A stretch of 64,000 nucleotides of DNA from Chitinophagaceae bacterium (lineage in GTDB: Bacteria; Bacteroidota; Bacteroidia; Chitinophagales; Chitinophagaceae), in assembly GCA_025449935.1 (NCBI GenBank), contig JANWIJ010000037.1:2055-66054 (forward strand), given 5' to 3'. The notes beneath the pieces were generated by a model that was not told the origin of the DNA, did no database searches, and saw only the letters and a list, made by a program, of their open reading frames with translations. Shown here in pieces: positions 1 to 11,230 of this stretch. Every line of letters starts with the position of its first letter. Positions within the stretch are counted from its first letter, which is position 1. Both the position numbers and the translations under genes were made by a program.

Positions 1-2
1 TT

Positions 3-644
3 GGCTTGCCCATTTATAACTGGAAAAAACAGGACATCATTTTCAATGATATTAAAAACTGGGTTTCCGGTAACCAGGCCAACGGAAAAACATCCGTGAT
101 CACTGCCTATAGTCTCGGAAAAGCACAACGGGTACTTCAGGCGGTGGCGGAGCTCACGGAAACTATTTATGTTCACGGGGCTGTATGGAATACCCATAAC
201 GCGTTACGGGAAGCAGGTATCAATTTGCCGGGGGTAAAAAAGGTAACCCCGAATATTCCCAAACAAGCATACAAAAACGCGGTTATTATTGCTCCACCCA
301 GTTCTGACGGTACGCCCTGGATGAAACGGTTTCTTCCTTATAGTGTGGGTGTATGCAGCGGATGGATGCAGGTTCGGGGCAATCTGCGCAGAAGGAACGC
401 CGACGCAGGCTTTCCGCTCAGCGATCATGCAGACTGGAATGGCTTGCTGCAGGCGGTAAAAGCTACCGGGGCACAAAAGGTTTTTGTTACACATGGATTT
501 CAATCCGCGTTTAGCCGCTATTTAACTGAAAATGGAATAGAAGCGGCGGAAGTTAAAACTGAATATGGCAAAGAAGATGATGAAAAAATTCCTGATACAG
601 AAGAACCACCAGCTAAAGACACGGGAGGCCGTGCAATACCATGA
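3..644 (+). CDS. Ligase-associated DNA damage response exonuclease (MBL/beta-CASP type), 5'-truncated by the window edge
   Basis: Frame is open to the window start (..GLPIYNW). Motifs AYSLGKAQR, CSGWM and LSDHADW are present. It is the first gene of the exo-ligase-helicase-phosphoesterase cluster (TIGR04122-like, recognised by eye). Confidence 0.9.
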   Translation, partial: GLPIYNWKKQDIIFNDIKNWVSGNQANGKTSVITAYSLGKAQRVLQAVAELTETIYVHGAVWNTHNALREAGINLPGVKKVTPNIPKQAYKNAVIIAPPSSDGTPWMKRFLPYSVGVCSGWMQVRGNLRRRNADAGFPLSDHADWNGLLQAVKATGAQKVFVTHGFQSAFSRYLTENGIEAAEVKTEYGKEDDEKIPDTEEPPAKDTGGRAIP

Positions 645-2239
645 AAGCATTTGCGCAATTAATAACAACCCTTGGGACCAGCACAAAAACGAATGAAAAG
701 CTGGAATTGCTGGCACATTATTTTGCTACCGAAAATGATGCCGACAAGGTTTGGGTGATTGCCCTTTTTAGCGGAAGAAGACCCAGGAGAATTGTCAGTT
801 CCTCCCTGTTAAAATTATGGTGCCAGGAACTAACCGGTCTCCCGGAATGGTTATTCGAGGAATCATATCATACCGTGGGCGACCTCGCAGAAAGCATTGC
901 TTTAATGCTGCCGCCGGCGAGCGAAGAAAATTCCCACAGGTTTTCGTTAGCAGGAATTATCAGTCATCTACTGCAAATTGAAAAAAAAGACGAGGAGGAA
1001 AAAAAACAGTTCGTTACCCGGAGCTGGATGCAAATGAGCAAGGATGAACGCTTTGTTTTCAATAAACTCCTGACGGGGAATTTCAGGATAGGGGTGTCTC
1101 AAAAAATGATTGTGAATGCGCTGGCAAAAACCGTACAGCTCGAGGCAAATGTAATTGCTCATCGGATAAGCGGGAACTGGGACCCCGCTTCCACTTCCTT
1201 TGCCGCCCTGCTGAGCAACGAAGGTGGTTCAGCAGATCACTCAAAGCCTTATCCCTTTTACCTGGCCTATGGACTGGACGGCCCGGTTAGTGAGCTTGGC
1301 AAAGAAACAGAATGGCAGGCTGAATGGAAATGGGATGGGATCCGGGGGCAACTGATAAAACGTAATAATGAAATTTTTGTATGGAGCCGGGGTGAAGAAC
1401 TGATGACCGATAAATTCCCCGAATACCATTCGCTGGTGAATGTATTGCCTGATGGTATTGTGCTGGATGGGGAAATCATCCCCAGCATTGATGGCAAGCC
1501 ATTGCCATTCGCTTTGCTGCAAACGCGTATCGGCAGAAAAAATATTAGCCGGAAAAATTTACAGGAAGTCCCGATTTGCTTTTTTGTCTACGATATTTTA
1601 GAATATGAAGGCCGTGATATCCGGGAGCTCCCCTTAACCGAAAGGAGAAAGCTGCTCGAAGAGATCATCAACAGGAACAATCATCCCCCGGTTGTATTAT
1701 CGCCGGTAATTGATTTTGCTTCCTGGGGTGACCTGGCAGACCTTAGAATGCAATCAAGGGAAAATGGTGCAGAAGGCATGATGCTGAAAAGAAAGTCCTC
1801 CGCCTACCAGGTCGGGCGAAAAATTGGTGACTGGTGGAAATGGAAAATCGACCCCCTGGTCATTGATGCGGTCATGATCTATGCCCAAAAAGGTCATGGA
1901 AGAAGAAGCAACTTATACACGGATTACACATTTGCGGTGAAAGACGGCGATAAACTGGTCAGTTTTGCAAAAGCTTACTCAGGGCTTACGGATAAAGAGT
2001 TTGCGCGGGTAGATCATTTTGTGAAAAATAATTCCCTGGAAAAATTCGGACCGGTCAGAACCGTAAAACCGGAACTTGTTTTTGAAATTGCTTTTGAAGG
2101 GATCGCCGCCAGTAACCGTCACAAATCCGGTGTAGCTTTGCGCTTTCCGCGTATCAGCCGGTGGCGGGAGGACAAGACAGTGGATGAAATAAATACATTG
2201 GATGATTTGAAAAAAATGCTGGAGATTTTTGGAAAATGA
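641..2239 (+). CDS. ATP-dependent DNA ligase (damage-response type)
   Basis: Adenylation motif EWKWDGIRGQ, plus LDGEI, EGMMLK, WWKWK and C-terminal ALRFPRI. ATGA overlap with the upstream gene. Confidence 0.95.
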   Translation: MKAFAQLITTLGTSTKTNEKLELLAHYFATENDADKVWVIALFSGRRPRRIVSSSLLKLWCQELTGLPEWLFEESYHTVGDLAESIALMLPPASEENSHRFSLAGIISHLLQIEKKDEEEKKQFVTRSWMQMSKDERFVFNKLLTGNFRIGVSQKMIVNALAKTVQLEANVIAHRISGNWDPASTSFAALLSNEGGSADHSKPYPFYLAYGLDGPVSELGKETEWQAEWKWDGIRGQLIKRNNEIFVWSRGEELMTDKFPEYHSLVNVLPDGIVLDGEIIPSIDGKPLPFALLQTRIGRKNISRKNLQEVPICFFVYDILEYEGRDIRELPLTERRKLLEEIINRNNHPPVVLSPVIDFASWGDLADLRMQSRENGAEGMMLKRKSSAYQVGRKIGDWWKWKIDPLVIDAVMIYAQKGHGRRSNLYTDYTFAVKDGDKLVSFAKAYSGLTDKEFARVDHFVKNNSLEKFGPVRTVKPELVFEIAFEGIAASNRHKSGVALRFPRISRWREDKTVDEINTLDDLKKMLEIFGK

Positions 2240-4713
2240 AGGTGGAAGAAACAAAAGGATTCAGGGTGATCAATGAGTGGCTGGCCGCGAATGAGCGGCA
2301 TCCTTTTTTATTTCAGCTCCAGGCATGGCAGCATATTGTTAACCGGGAAAGTGGCCTTGTCAATGCACCAACCGGCTGTGGAAAAACCTACTCTGTTTTT
2401 TTGGGTGCAATAATCCAGTTCATCAACCAGCATCCCGGCTACTATCACAGTAAGAAGGATAGTGGTCTGCAGCTCCTCTGGATAACTCCCCTGCGGGCAT
2501 TGGCTAAAGATATTGGCCGGGCTATGGAAGAAGTGATTGCCGGGTTGGGCATGAGTTGGAAAGTAGGGATCAGGAACGGGGACACCCCGCTGGCCGAACG
2601 GGCTAAACAGAAACGGCAGATGCCCGAAGTCCTTATCATCACTCCCGAAAGCCTGCATTTGTTACTCGCACAAAAAGGATATGCTGAAGTTTTCCGGTCA
2701 CTCGAAATTATAGCCGTGGATGAATGGCATGAATTGCTTGGCAGTAAACGGGGCGTGCAGGTGGAACTCGCCATATCCAGGATCGTGAACAGCCAGGGTA
2801 AATTGACAAATGGGAAACCAGCCCTTTGGGGTATTTCGGCGACCATTGGAAACCTGGAGGAAGCCAAAGATGTGTTATTATCGCCGGTTAGGCAGACGGG
2901 GATTATTATTAAGGCTAATATTCAAAAGAAAATAGAAGTTGAATCGGTCATCCCCGATGAAATAGAAAAATACCCCTGGGCAGGACATTTGGGAATCCGG
3001 CTGGCCCATAAACTTATTCCCATTATTCTCCAAAGCAAAACAACACTCATCTTTATTAATACAAGAGGGATGAGTGAAACATGGTACCAGACCTTATTGA
3101 ATGTTTGTCCTGACCTTGCCGGATCTATTGCACTTCATCACGGCTCAATCGATATGGAACTGCGTGCCTGGATAGAAGACAACCTGCATACCGGGAACCT
3201 GAAAGCGGTTGTGTGCACCGCGAGCCTTGACCTGGGCGTTGATTTTCGTCCTGTTGAAACAGTCGTCCAGGTAGGGTCACCAAAAGGCGTAGCCCGGTTT
3301 TTACAACGTGCAGGCAGAAGCGGTCACAGCCCCGATGCTACGAGTAAAATATATTTTCTCCCAACCCACTCACTGGAGCTGATAGAAGCCGCAGCCTTAA
3401 AATCGGCCATGTCGGAAAATCTTATAGAAAGCCGACCACCCATGATGCTTTGCTATGATGTGTTGTTGCAATTCCTGAGCACACTGGCCATCTCGGATGG
3501 TTTTTCCCAGGAAGAAACATACGCGGAAGTTGTTTCTACTTTTTGCTACCAGCATTTAACGAAGGATGAATGGCAGCAGATACTCTACTTTGTTACTGAA
3601 GGGGGTCATGCCATGCACCAGTATGACGATTTTAAAAAAATAGAACTGGAAGATGGGTTATACAAAATAAAGAGCCGTAAAGTAGCGATGCGGCACCGTA
3701 TGCATATCGGAACCATTGTGAGTTCATCGATGATGAAAGTAAAATTCATTACAGGTGGTTATATAGGTGTAATAGAAGAGTTTTTCATATCAAGGCTCGA
3801 CCCCGGCGATGTATTTACACTGGCCGGAAGAAATCTTGAATTCCTGATGATAAAAGATATGACGGCGCTTGTAAAAAAGTCCGGCTCAAAAAAATCAATT
3901 ATACCCAGCTGGGATGGTGGCCGTATGCCCCTGAGTGCCAACCTTGGAAAGAAACTAAGGGAAACCCTGGACCGCTCAGCAACGGGGGCCCTGAAACCCG
4001 GAGAGAATGAGCTCAGGTCACTTCAACCTCTTTTCGAATTGCAGCAACTGCTTTCGCATGTCCCAAAACAGCATGAATTACTGATAGAGCAAATTGAAAC
4101 AAAAGACGGTTTTCACCTTTTTGTGTACCCGTTCGAAGGAAGGCTGGTCCACGAAGCCATGGCCGCGATCCTGGCATTCCGGATCAGCCTGATCCGTCCT
4201 ATCACTTTTTCATTTGCCATGAATGATTATGGATTTGAACTGCTGAGTGATCAACCCATCCCTGTTGATGATACGAACGTGTATGACCTGTTTTCACCGG
4301 CTGACCTGCTGAACGATATACAGCGAAGTGTGAACAGTACCGAAATGGCGAAAAGAAAATTCAGGGATGTGGCCGTGATCGGCGGGCTGATTTTCCAGGG
4401 TATGCCCGGAGAAAAGAAGAAAGCCCGCCATCTCCAGTCATCCGCCTCACTTCTTTTCAATGTGTTTGCAGAATATGATAAAGACAATCTCCTGCTTCGC
4501 CAGGCTTACCAGGAAGTGTTTGATCAGCAAATGGAGGAAGTGAGGCTGCGGGATATGCTGGAAAGAATTCAGCACTCCAAAATCGTTCTAACCTTCCCGG
4601 AACGGCTAACGCCTTTTTGTTTCCCGATAAAAGTGGATAGTATGCGGGAAGATCTTTCTTCAGAAAAACTGGAAGACCGGGTAAAAAAGATGCAACAGCA
4701 GCTGGAATTCTGA
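2236..4713 (+). CDS. Ligase-associated DEXH-box helicase (Lhr-core-like)
   Basis: Walker A APTGCGKT, DEWH box, SATIGN, HHGS and QRAGRSGH. ATGA overlap with the ligase gene. Confidence 0.95.
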   Translation: MKVEETKGFRVINEWLAANERHPFLFQLQAWQHIVNRESGLVNAPTGCGKTYSVFLGAIIQFINQHPGYYHSKKDSGLQLLWITPLRALAKDIGRAMEEVIAGLGMSWKVGIRNGDTPLAERAKQKRQMPEVLIITPESLHLLLAQKGYAEVFRSLEIIAVDEWHELLGSKRGVQVELAISRIVNSQGKLTNGKPALWGISATIGNLEEAKDVLLSPVRQTGIIIKANIQKKIEVESVIPDEIEKYPWAGHLGIRLAHKLIPIILQSKTTLIFINTRGMSETWYQTLLNVCPDLAGSIALHHGSIDMELRAWIEDNLHTGNLKAVVCTASLDLGVDFRPVETVVQVGSPKGVARFLQRAGRSGHSPDATSKIYFLPTHSLELIEAAALKSAMSENLIESRPPMMLCYDVLLQFLSTLAISDGFSQEETYAEVVSTFCYQHLTKDEWQQILYFVTEGGHAMHQYDDFKKIELEDGLYKIKSRKVAMRHRMHIGTIVSSSMMKVKFITGGYIGVIEEFFISRLDPGDVFTLAGRNLEFLMIKDMTALVKKSGSKKSIIPSWDGGRMPLSANLGKKLRETLDRSATGALKPGENELRSLQPLFELQQLLSHVPKQHELLIEQIETKDGFHLFVYPFEGRLVHEAMAAILAFRISLIRPITFSFAMNDYGFELLSDQPIPVDDTNVYDLFSPADLLNDIQRSVNSTEMAKRKFRDVAVIGGLIFQGMPGEKKKARHLQSSASLLFNVFAEYDKDNLLLRQAYQEVFDQQMEEVRLRDMLERIQHSKIVLTFPERLTPFCFPIKVDSMREDLSSEKLEDRVKKMQQQLEF

Positions 4714-4762
4714 CGGTGCCCTGTTTTCTAAGAACGGCGCGTTATATTTGTCCTCCCTTTGA

Positions 4763-5431
4763 ATGCAAAATCCTTTTCCACATATCATTTATAAAAATAC
4801 CTTTTGGGTTTCTTCTGAACGTTGTGTATGGTGGGAAGAAGAAAACACCCTGATTGTATCAGACCTTCACCTGGGAAAGACCGGTCATTTCCGGAAATCG
4901 GGTATTGGGGTACCCCAGGGTATTTACAAAGCCGACCTGCAACGCCTGATGGCCCAGCTTTATTTTTTTAAAGCTGACCGGCTGATCATCGTTGGCGACC
5001 TTACCCATAGTACAGAGAACAGGGAGCTGGATCATTTTAAAAAATGGAGAAAGGATTTTTCTTTATTACATATTGACCTGGTAAAGGGGAATCATGATAT
5101 ATTGACAGACACCTGGTATGATGACACCGGCATTGATGTCTCAGCCCATCACCTGGTAGTAAAGGATTTTTGTTTCCGTCATGACCTGAAGATTAAGCAC
5201 AAAGAAACGCTTCCGGATGGGATCGTTTATACGTTTGTGGGTCATGTGCATCCGGGTGTAACTGTGAAAGGTAAGGGCAGGCAAACACTTCGTTTTCCCT
5301 GTTTTTATTTTACAGCGGAGCATTGCATCCTTCCTGCCTTCAGTCGTTTTACCGGAACCTATTCAGTAGAAAGGCAAAAAAATGAAACGGTGTATGCAAT
5401 CGCCGGGAACCAGCTAATGCATATTTTGTAA
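4763..5431 (+). CDS. pdeM: Ligase-associated metallophosphoesterase/endonuclease PdeM
   Basis: Calcineurin-like motifs SDLHLGK, GDL, GNHD, GHVHP and LPAFS. Cluster position fits. TATATTTG promoter element at 4743-4750. Confidence 0.92.
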   Translation: MQNPFPHIIYKNTFWVSSERCVWWEEENTLIVSDLHLGKTGHFRKSGIGVPQGIYKADLQRLMAQLYFFKADRLIIVGDLTHSTENRELDHFKKWRKDFSLLHIDLVKGNHDILTDTWYDDTGIDVSAHHLVVKDFCFRHDLKIKHKETLPDGIVYTFVGHVHPGVTVKGKGRQTLRFPCFYFTAEHCILPAFSRFTGTYSVERQKNETVYAIAGNQLMHIL

Positions 5432-5521
5432 CCTGGTGAAAATATTCCGTATTCATCCCGCAAGAAAAACTCTCCACCGGAGTGAAGAGTTACAGATTAT
5501 CCTTATAAGTTATTAATCCTC

Positions 5522-6847
5522 TTATTCGCCCCAAATATTATCTTTCCCATCCAGCCAGAGTTTTACCAGGTCAGTAGTTACCGATTTTGGCCTTTCGAGC
5601 GGGAAGCCGAGCGCCCTGTCCCAGCAAAGACTCGCCAGTACACCAAGTGCACGGCTCACGGCAAAAAGTACCGTATAAAATTCATACTCTTTCATCCCGA
5701 AATGAACCAGCAGTGCCCCGCTGTGTGCATCCACGTTTGGCCAGGGGTTTTTTATTTTTCCCATTGATTGCAGGATGGGCGGTACGGTTTCATATATATT
5801 CCAGACCGTATTCACCAGCTTATCCTCGGGCATATGTTTTTTCCCAAATGCCATCTGCGCTTCAAACCTCGGATCTGTTTTGCGCAACACGGCATGACCG
5901 TAGCCCGGGACCACTTTCCCCTCACTCAATGTTTTCTTTACATATTCAGCTATTTGCTCTTTGCTGGGAGAATCCGTTTTCAGTTCCTCCTGCATTTCAA
6001 ATATCCATTTTATCACTTCCTGGTTAGCCAATCCATGCAAAGGACCGGCCAGCCCATTCATGCCGGATGCATAACTTAAATACGGGTCACTGAGCGCAGA
6101 ACCCACCAGGTGTGTCGTATGTGCAGAAACATTACCCCCTTCGTGATCGGCATGAATGGTCATATACAACCGCATCAGTTCCTTAAAACTTTCATCGCCG
6201 TATCCCATCATATGGGCAAAATTGCCCGCCCAGTCCAGTAAACCATTTGGCTGAATATGATCCCCTGATTTATATTTCCTGCGGTAGATATACGCTGCAA
6301 CCCTCGGCAACCTGGCGATCAGGTCCATCGAATCATCAAACACTGCTTCCCAGTAATCCTTTTTGTTCAGCCCTTCCGCGTATTTTTTTGCAAACTGGCT
6401 TTCTGTCTGCAGGGCCATTACCGCTACCACGAACTGTGTCATTGGATGCGTGTTGATGGGTAATGCCTCAATGGTTGCAAATACATGATTGGGTACATGA
6501 CTGCGGCGCTGCCACACCGAGCTGATATGATGCACATCATCTTCTTCCGGCAATTCTCCCACGAGCATCAAATAAAAAAGTCCTTCGGGCAGGGGTTCAG
6601 AACCCCCGGGTGATTTAGCGAGTTTTTGTTGTAATTCAGGGATCGAATATCCGCGGAAGCGTATGCCTTCCTGTGCATCCAGTAGTGAGGTTTCGGTTAC
6701 CAGTCCCGTCATGCCCCGCATACCCTGGTAGATCTGGGATAGCTGTACTTCTCCAATGACTTTAGTACCATGATCTTTCAACAGGTCTTTGATTTCTGCG
6801 GAAACTTTATCTGCCTTGATCTTAAACCGGTCTTTTATTATTCCCAT
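5522..6847 (-). CDS. gltA: Citrate (Si)-synthase, eukaryote-like type
   Basis: [30 protein letters not shown] and [11 protein letters not shown] motifs. Start moved to MGIIKDRF (6847), downstream of TAAATTTG at 6890-6897. Confidence 0.95.
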   Translation of the reverse strand: MGIIKDRFKIKADKVSAEIKDLLKDHGTKVIGEVQLSQIYQGMRGMTGLVTETSLLDAQEGIRFRGYSIPELQQKLAKSPGGSEPLPEGLFYLMLVGELPEEDDVHHISSVWQRRSHVPNHVFATIEALPINTHPMTQFVVAVMALQTESQFAKKYAEGLNKKDYWEAVFDDSMDLIARLPRVAAYIYRRKYKSGDHIQPNGLLDWAGNFAHMMGYGDESFKELMRLYMTIHADHEGGNVSAHTTHLVGSALSDPYLSYASGMNGLAGPLHGLANQEVIKWIFEMQEELKTDSPSKEQIAEYVKKTLSEGKVVPGYGHAVLRKTDPRFEAQMAFGKKHMPEDKLVNTVWNIYETVPPILQSMGKIKNPWPNVDAHSGALLVHFGMKEYEFYTVLFAVSRALGVLASLCWDRALGFPLERPKSVTTDLVKLWLDGKDNIWGE

Positions 6848-7020
6848 GACATCTTTTTTTCGGAGTTTGAAACAATCGTTTTGGGTGGTCAAATTTACGC
6901 AAAACCACCCTGCTACAAGAAGAATTATAAGAAAATTGAAATTTGTTATTGCTCGATGCAATACTTCAGAATAGTTGGGACCTGAAAATTTTAAGGGAAC
7001 CAGTAAGAAGTGAGAAGCAA

Positions 7021-8118
7021 CTATTTAGGTGTGCGGCGATACAACCAGTAAGCTACCCCTGAGAATGCAATATTGGGTAACCAGGCAGCGATGATCGGAG
7101 GAAAATTTCCTTTTGTCGCAAAAACGGTGGAGAAGCGGTCAGAAACAATAAAAAAAGCTGCTATGGCAATCCCCAAAGCCAGGTGCATTCCGCTTCCGCC
7201 ACGGCTCCGCCGGCTGGCAATGGTTGCCCCAATTATTGTGAGCAATAAAACAGCGGCGGGGGTAGCTGTTCTCCTGTACCTCTCCACTTTCAATGCCCTT
7301 AACCCTTCATTGCCCCTGAACTCTTCCTGCCTGATATACTGCACTAATTCCGGGGTGGTGAGTTTATCTTTCAGGTAATCATCCTTTCGCAGTTCCCCCG
7401 GCTTTAATGACAGGTTAATACTCATCGTGTCGTGGAAGGTCAGCCGTTCTCCCATACTGTCAATAAGCCGTTCTTCTGCATTATATAATTTCCAACTTTT
7501 CCGGGCGGTATCCCAGGTAATGGTCTCCGACCTTAAGTTGTATACAACTTTGTTGTCTTTGATCCTTTCCAGGAAGAAACCCCTGGCTGATTTACTGCTG
7601 GTATCAAAATCCCTGATACCCACATAGGTGTTGGAATCAGTTCTCCTGTAATAGCATCTGTCACAATTACCTGCAAAACGGTTCTTGGTCGGATCATTCT
7701 TGTCGATATAGGTACTTTGAAAATCACTCCGGATAATATTCGCTTTGGGAATCCAGTAGCGGTTACCCATCCATAAAGTGGCCGCCAGCAGCAAACCCCC
7801 GACAATATAGGGGCGCAGGAACCTGTTATAACTGGTACCGCTGGCCAGTATGGCAATGATCTCTGACCGGGTGGCCATCCGGCTGGTGAAGAAAATAACA
7901 GCGATAAAAACAAACAAAGGGAATAACAGGCTCCAGATGAAAGGAACAAAACCCAGGTAATATTTTGTAATGATCTGGGAGGTGGAAAGATTGGCCTTGA
8001 CAAAATCATCCGTCTTCTCACTGCTGTCAACAGCTACAGCAATAATGCTGAACAACAACATGCAAAATATAAACGTGACAATAAATTTCTTCAGTATATA
8101 CCAGTCAATTTTCCGCAT
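7021..8118 (-). CDS. LptF/LptG family LPS export permease
   Basis: Three N-terminal TM helices, [10 protein letters not shown] motif, periplasmic domain, three C-terminal TM helices ending AWLPN. Confidence 0.9.
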   Translation of the reverse strand: MRKIDWYILKKFIVTFIFCMLLFSIIAVAVDSSEKTDDFVKANLSTSQIITKYYLGFVPFIWSLLFPLFVFIAVIFFTSRMATRSEIIAILASGTSYNRFLRPYIVGGLLLAATLWMGNRYWIPKANIIRSDFQSTYIDKNDPTKNRFAGNCDRCYYRRTDSNTYVGIRDFDTSSKSARGFFLERIKDNKVVYNLRSETITWDTARKSWKLYNAEERLIDSMGERLTFHDTMSINLSLKPGELRKDDYLKDKLTTPELVQYIRQEEFRGNEGLRALKVERYRRTATPAAVLLLTIIGATIASRRSRGGSGMHLALGIAIAAFFIVSDRFSTVFATKGNFPPIIAAWLPNIAFSGVAYWLYRRTPK

Positions 8119-8165
8119 CGGTCCAAAAGTAACTGAAAAACTGTTGCTGGATTGTGAAAGCGCGA

Positions 8166-9305
8166 CTACAATTTAGTTTTGAGCAGTATGGACATTTCAG
8201 TCTTCCAGGTTGTAAAATCGTCTGCCTGTATATGTCTCCGGGCTTCTCCTACCAGCCAGCGATAAAAGGCAAGGTTATGAATGCTGGCAATGGTATACCC
8301 CAAAAATTCTTTCGCTTTCATCAAATGGCGGAGATAAGCTTTAGAATAAAAATGGCTGACTTCGCAGTCCAAACCATCATCAATGGCTGAAAAATCATGC
8401 TCCCATTTCTTATTATCAATATTGATTACACCGTTTGTTGTAAACAGCATGGCATTTCTGCCGTTCCGGGTGGGCATCACACAGTCAAACATATCAATAC
8501 CGTGACTGATGCATTCCAGTATATTCCATGGTGTGCCCACTCCCATCAGGTACCTGGGTTTTTCTTTTGGCAGGTGATCGCAGCACCAGTCGCATATTTC
8601 ATACATCACGGGTTCGGGCTCTCCTACGCTCAAACCCCCGATCGCGTTACCCGTCGCTTCCTTTGAAGAAATATATTCACAGGATTGTTTGCGGAGATCT
8701 TTGTAGGTGCCTCCCTGGACGATCGGGAAAAGATTCTGGGTATAGCCGTATTTATCTTTTGTACTGTTGAACTGTGAAAAACAACGGTCAAGCCAGCGGT
8801 GAGTAAGATCCAGCGAATCCTTTGCATACTTATATTCACACCCGCCGGGCGGGCATTCATCAAAAGCCATCATGATATCCCCCCCGATCACCCGCTGGAT
8901 ATCCATAACATTCTCCGGTGTAAACAAATGCCTTGATCCGTCGATATGCGATTGGAAAGTAACGCCCTCTTCGTTTATTTTTCTTGTCCCGGCCAGTGAG
9001 AAAACCTGGTATCCCCCGCTATCGGTAAGTATGGGTTTGTTCCAGCCGTTGAAACGATGTAATCCCCCGGCTTCTTCCAGTACCGACAAACCCGGCCGCA
9101 GGTACAAATGGTATGTATTTCCAAGAATGATCGGGGCCCTGACATCTTCCGCTAATTGCTGCTGTGTCACCGCTTTTACGCTCCCGGCTGTACCAACAGG
9201 CATAAAAACAGGGGTCAGTATTTCACCATGATCAGTTGTCATTTTGCCTGCCCGGGCCTTTGATCCCTTGTCCGTATGTTGTAATTGAAATTGTAATGCG
9301 GGCAT
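8166..9305 (-). CDS. tgt: tRNA-guanine transglycosylase
   Basis: TPVFMPVGT, NTYHL, TDSGGYQV, FDCVMPTRNGRN and a zinc-site region. Start set at MPALQF (9305). Confidence 0.97.
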   Translation of the reverse strand: MPALQFQLQHTDKGSKARAGKMTTDHGEILTPVFMPVGTAGSVKAVTQQQLAEDVRAPIILGNTYHLYLRPGLSVLEEAGGLHRFNGWNKPILTDSGGYQVFSLAGTRKINEEGVTFQSHIDGSRHLFTPENVMDIQRVIGGDIMMAFDECPPGGCEYKYAKDSLDLTHRWLDRCFSQFNSTKDKYGYTQNLFPIVQGGTYKDLRKQSCEYISSKEATGNAIGGLSVGEPEPVMYEICDWCCDHLPKEKPRYLMGVGTPWNILECISHGIDMFDCVMPTRNGRNAMLFTTNGVINIDNKKWEHDFSAIDDGLDCEVSHFYSKAYLRHLMKAKEFLGYTIASIHNLAFYRWLVGEARRHIQADDFTTWKTEMSILLKTKL

Positions 9306-9394
9306 AATGGGCACAAGATAAACCGAAACTGTTTTCCACAACCTGTGAAATATATGCGTGCCATCAACAGCAGCCAGGTATTATCTTCGCCGCA

Positions 9395-10516
9395 ATGCCA
9401 CCGATCAACTGGGGAGAGATTCTCTTTTATATTTTTGTCGCAGTAACTGCCGTCCAGGTTTTCTTTTATGCATTTTTTTTCAGCCGGGTTGCTTTCTTCC
9501 GGCCCAAAACAAAAACACAATCACAGCAGCATCCTGTTTCAGTCGTCATTTGTGCCCGGGATGAAGATGAGAACCTGGCCCGGAACCTGCCGGGTGTGCT
9601 GGTGCAGCAATACTCCAGCAGCAGTGAAGTAGTGGTCATCAACGATAATTCGGTGGATGATTCCAAATACATTTTACAGGAGCTGAAGAGAACATTCCGG
9701 TCATTGAATGTAGTGGAACTAACCCAGGAGGCTAAATTGATTTCCGGGAAAAAATATCCTTTATCCATCGGCATCCGGGAAGCGAAACATGAAGTGCTTT
9801 TATTGACTGATGCGGACTGCGTACCTTCCAGTGAGCACTGGATAGAAAAAATGCAGAATGGTTATGATAATGGTGTTGAAATTGTTCTTGGCTACGGCGC
9901 CTACCATAAAACAACAGGAATACTCAACAAACTTATCCGGTTCGAGACCTTCCATACGGCGTTGCAATATCTTTCTTATGCACTGGCGGGGATGCCGTAT
10001 ATGGGCGTTGGGAGAAACTTATCCTATAAAAAGGATTTGTTCCTGCGCAACAAAGGCTTTTCATCCATCAACCATATTCCCAGTGGAGACGATGACCTGT
10101 TTATAAATAAAGTAGCCAGCAAAAGCAATACGGCTGTGGTAATTGACCCCGACGCCGTCACCCGTTCCATTCCCAAAACTACCTGGGCCGGGTGGTTAAA
10201 GCAAAAAGCAAGACATTATACAACTGCGAAATTTTATAAACCGCGACACAAGTTTTTCCTTGGGTTATATTTCAGTACCCAGTTCCTCTATTACCCGTTA
10301 CTGGCGGCGGCTCTCCTGTTTTATGACTGGCGTTTTGTATTGCCGGTTTTTGGTATACGTCTTTTATGGCAGGCATTTATTTTACGTAAAGCCATGGTTA
10401 AAATGGGTGAAAAAGATCTCTGGCCCTGGTTTGTTTTCCTGGATATGTGGATGTTTTTTTATTATATCATCTTTGCCCCCGCACTCTGGAGACGACCAAG
10501 AAGAAGCTGGAATTGA
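9395..10516 (+). CDS. Membrane glycosyltransferase family 2
   Basis: N-terminal TM helix, VICARDE, TDADC (DxD), GDDDL, and QKARH at the QxxRW position, followed by C-terminal TM helices. Confidence 0.88.
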   Translation: MPPINWGEILFYIFVAVTAVQVFFYAFFFSRVAFFRPKTKTQSQQHPVSVVICARDEDENLARNLPGVLVQQYSSSSEVVVINDNSVDDSKYILQELKRTFRSLNVVELTQEAKLISGKKYPLSIGIREAKHEVLLLTDADCVPSSEHWIEKMQNGYDNGVEIVLGYGAYHKTTGILNKLIRFETFHTALQYLSYALAGMPYMGVGRNLSYKKDLFLRNKGFSSINHIPSGDDDLFINKVASKSNTAVVIDPDAVTRSIPKTTWAGWLKQKARHYTTAKFYKPRHKFFLGLYFSTQFLYYPLLAAALLFYDWRFVLPVFGIRLLWQAFILRKAMVKMGEKDLWPWFVFLDMWMFFYYIIFAPALWRRPRRSWN

Positions 10517-10546
10517 TAACAAAAAGGAAGGCCACCATTAGTAAGT

Positions 10547-11176
10547 ATGGAAATAATACTCAGGTACTTTTCTGATTTTACGCCCCGGCAGCTTGAACAG
10601 TTCAGGCTGCTGGAACCGCTATACAAAGAATGGAACGGAAAGATAAACGTGGTTTCGCGCAAGGACATTGATAGCTTGTATGAAAAACATGTGTTGCATT
10701 CCCTCAGTATAGCTGCTGCTTTTGAATTTGCCCGCAGCAGTGAAATCATTGACCTTGGTACAGGCGGAGGATTTCCCGGAATTCCCCTGGCCATTTTTTT
10801 TCCTGATGTGAAATTCCACCTGGTTGATAGTATAGCCAAAAAATTAAAAGTAGTGGAAGCCGTTGCCAGCGGTATTGGTTTAAAAAATGTAACCCTGGAA
10901 CACAGCCGCATTGAAGAAATTAGAAACAGGAAATTTGATTTTGTTGTGTCCAGAGCGGTTGCCCCTCTCAAAGATCTCTGGAAATGGAGTAAGCCTTTAT
11001 TAAAGAAAAAAATCCAGGACGATAAGAGCCAGTCGCCCGGGCTCATCTGCCTGAAAGGTGGAGACCTGGCCACAGAAATCCAGGAAAGCGGTACCCGGCC
11101 GCGGGTAATACAGCTTGGGGAGCTGTATGCTGAAGAGTTTTTCAAGGAAAAATCCCTGCTTTATATTCCCCGCTAA
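10547..11176 (+). CDS. rsmG: 16S rRNA m7G527 methyltransferase
   Basis: KHVLHSL, DLGTGGGFPGIPLAI, VVSRAV and LKGG motifs. Confidence 0.95.
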   Translation: MEIILRYFSDFTPRQLEQFRLLEPLYKEWNGKINVVSRKDIDSLYEKHVLHSLSIAAAFEFARSSEIIDLGTGGGFPGIPLAIFFPDVKFHLVDSIAKKLKVVEAVASGIGLKNVTLEHSRIEEIRNRKFDFVVSRAVAPLKDLWKWSKPLLKKKIQDDKSQSPGLICLKGGDLATEIQESGTRPRVIQLGELYAEEFFKEKSLLYIPR

Positions 11177-11177
11177 A

Positions 11178-11196
11178 ATTACCACTTTGGGGTATT
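11178..11196 (+). promoter_or_regulatory. Putative operator (TACCAC-N3-GGGGTA) over the -33 region of the response-regulator promoter
   Basis: Sequence ATTACCACTTTGGGGTATT resembles the palindrome at 11919-11938. Its right end lies 22 nt before a -7-like element (GACCTTTG, 11218-11225). Confidence 0.5.
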
Positions 11197-11230
11197 GGTA
11201 TAGTCTTTCTGAAGGCTGACCTTTGCACAA

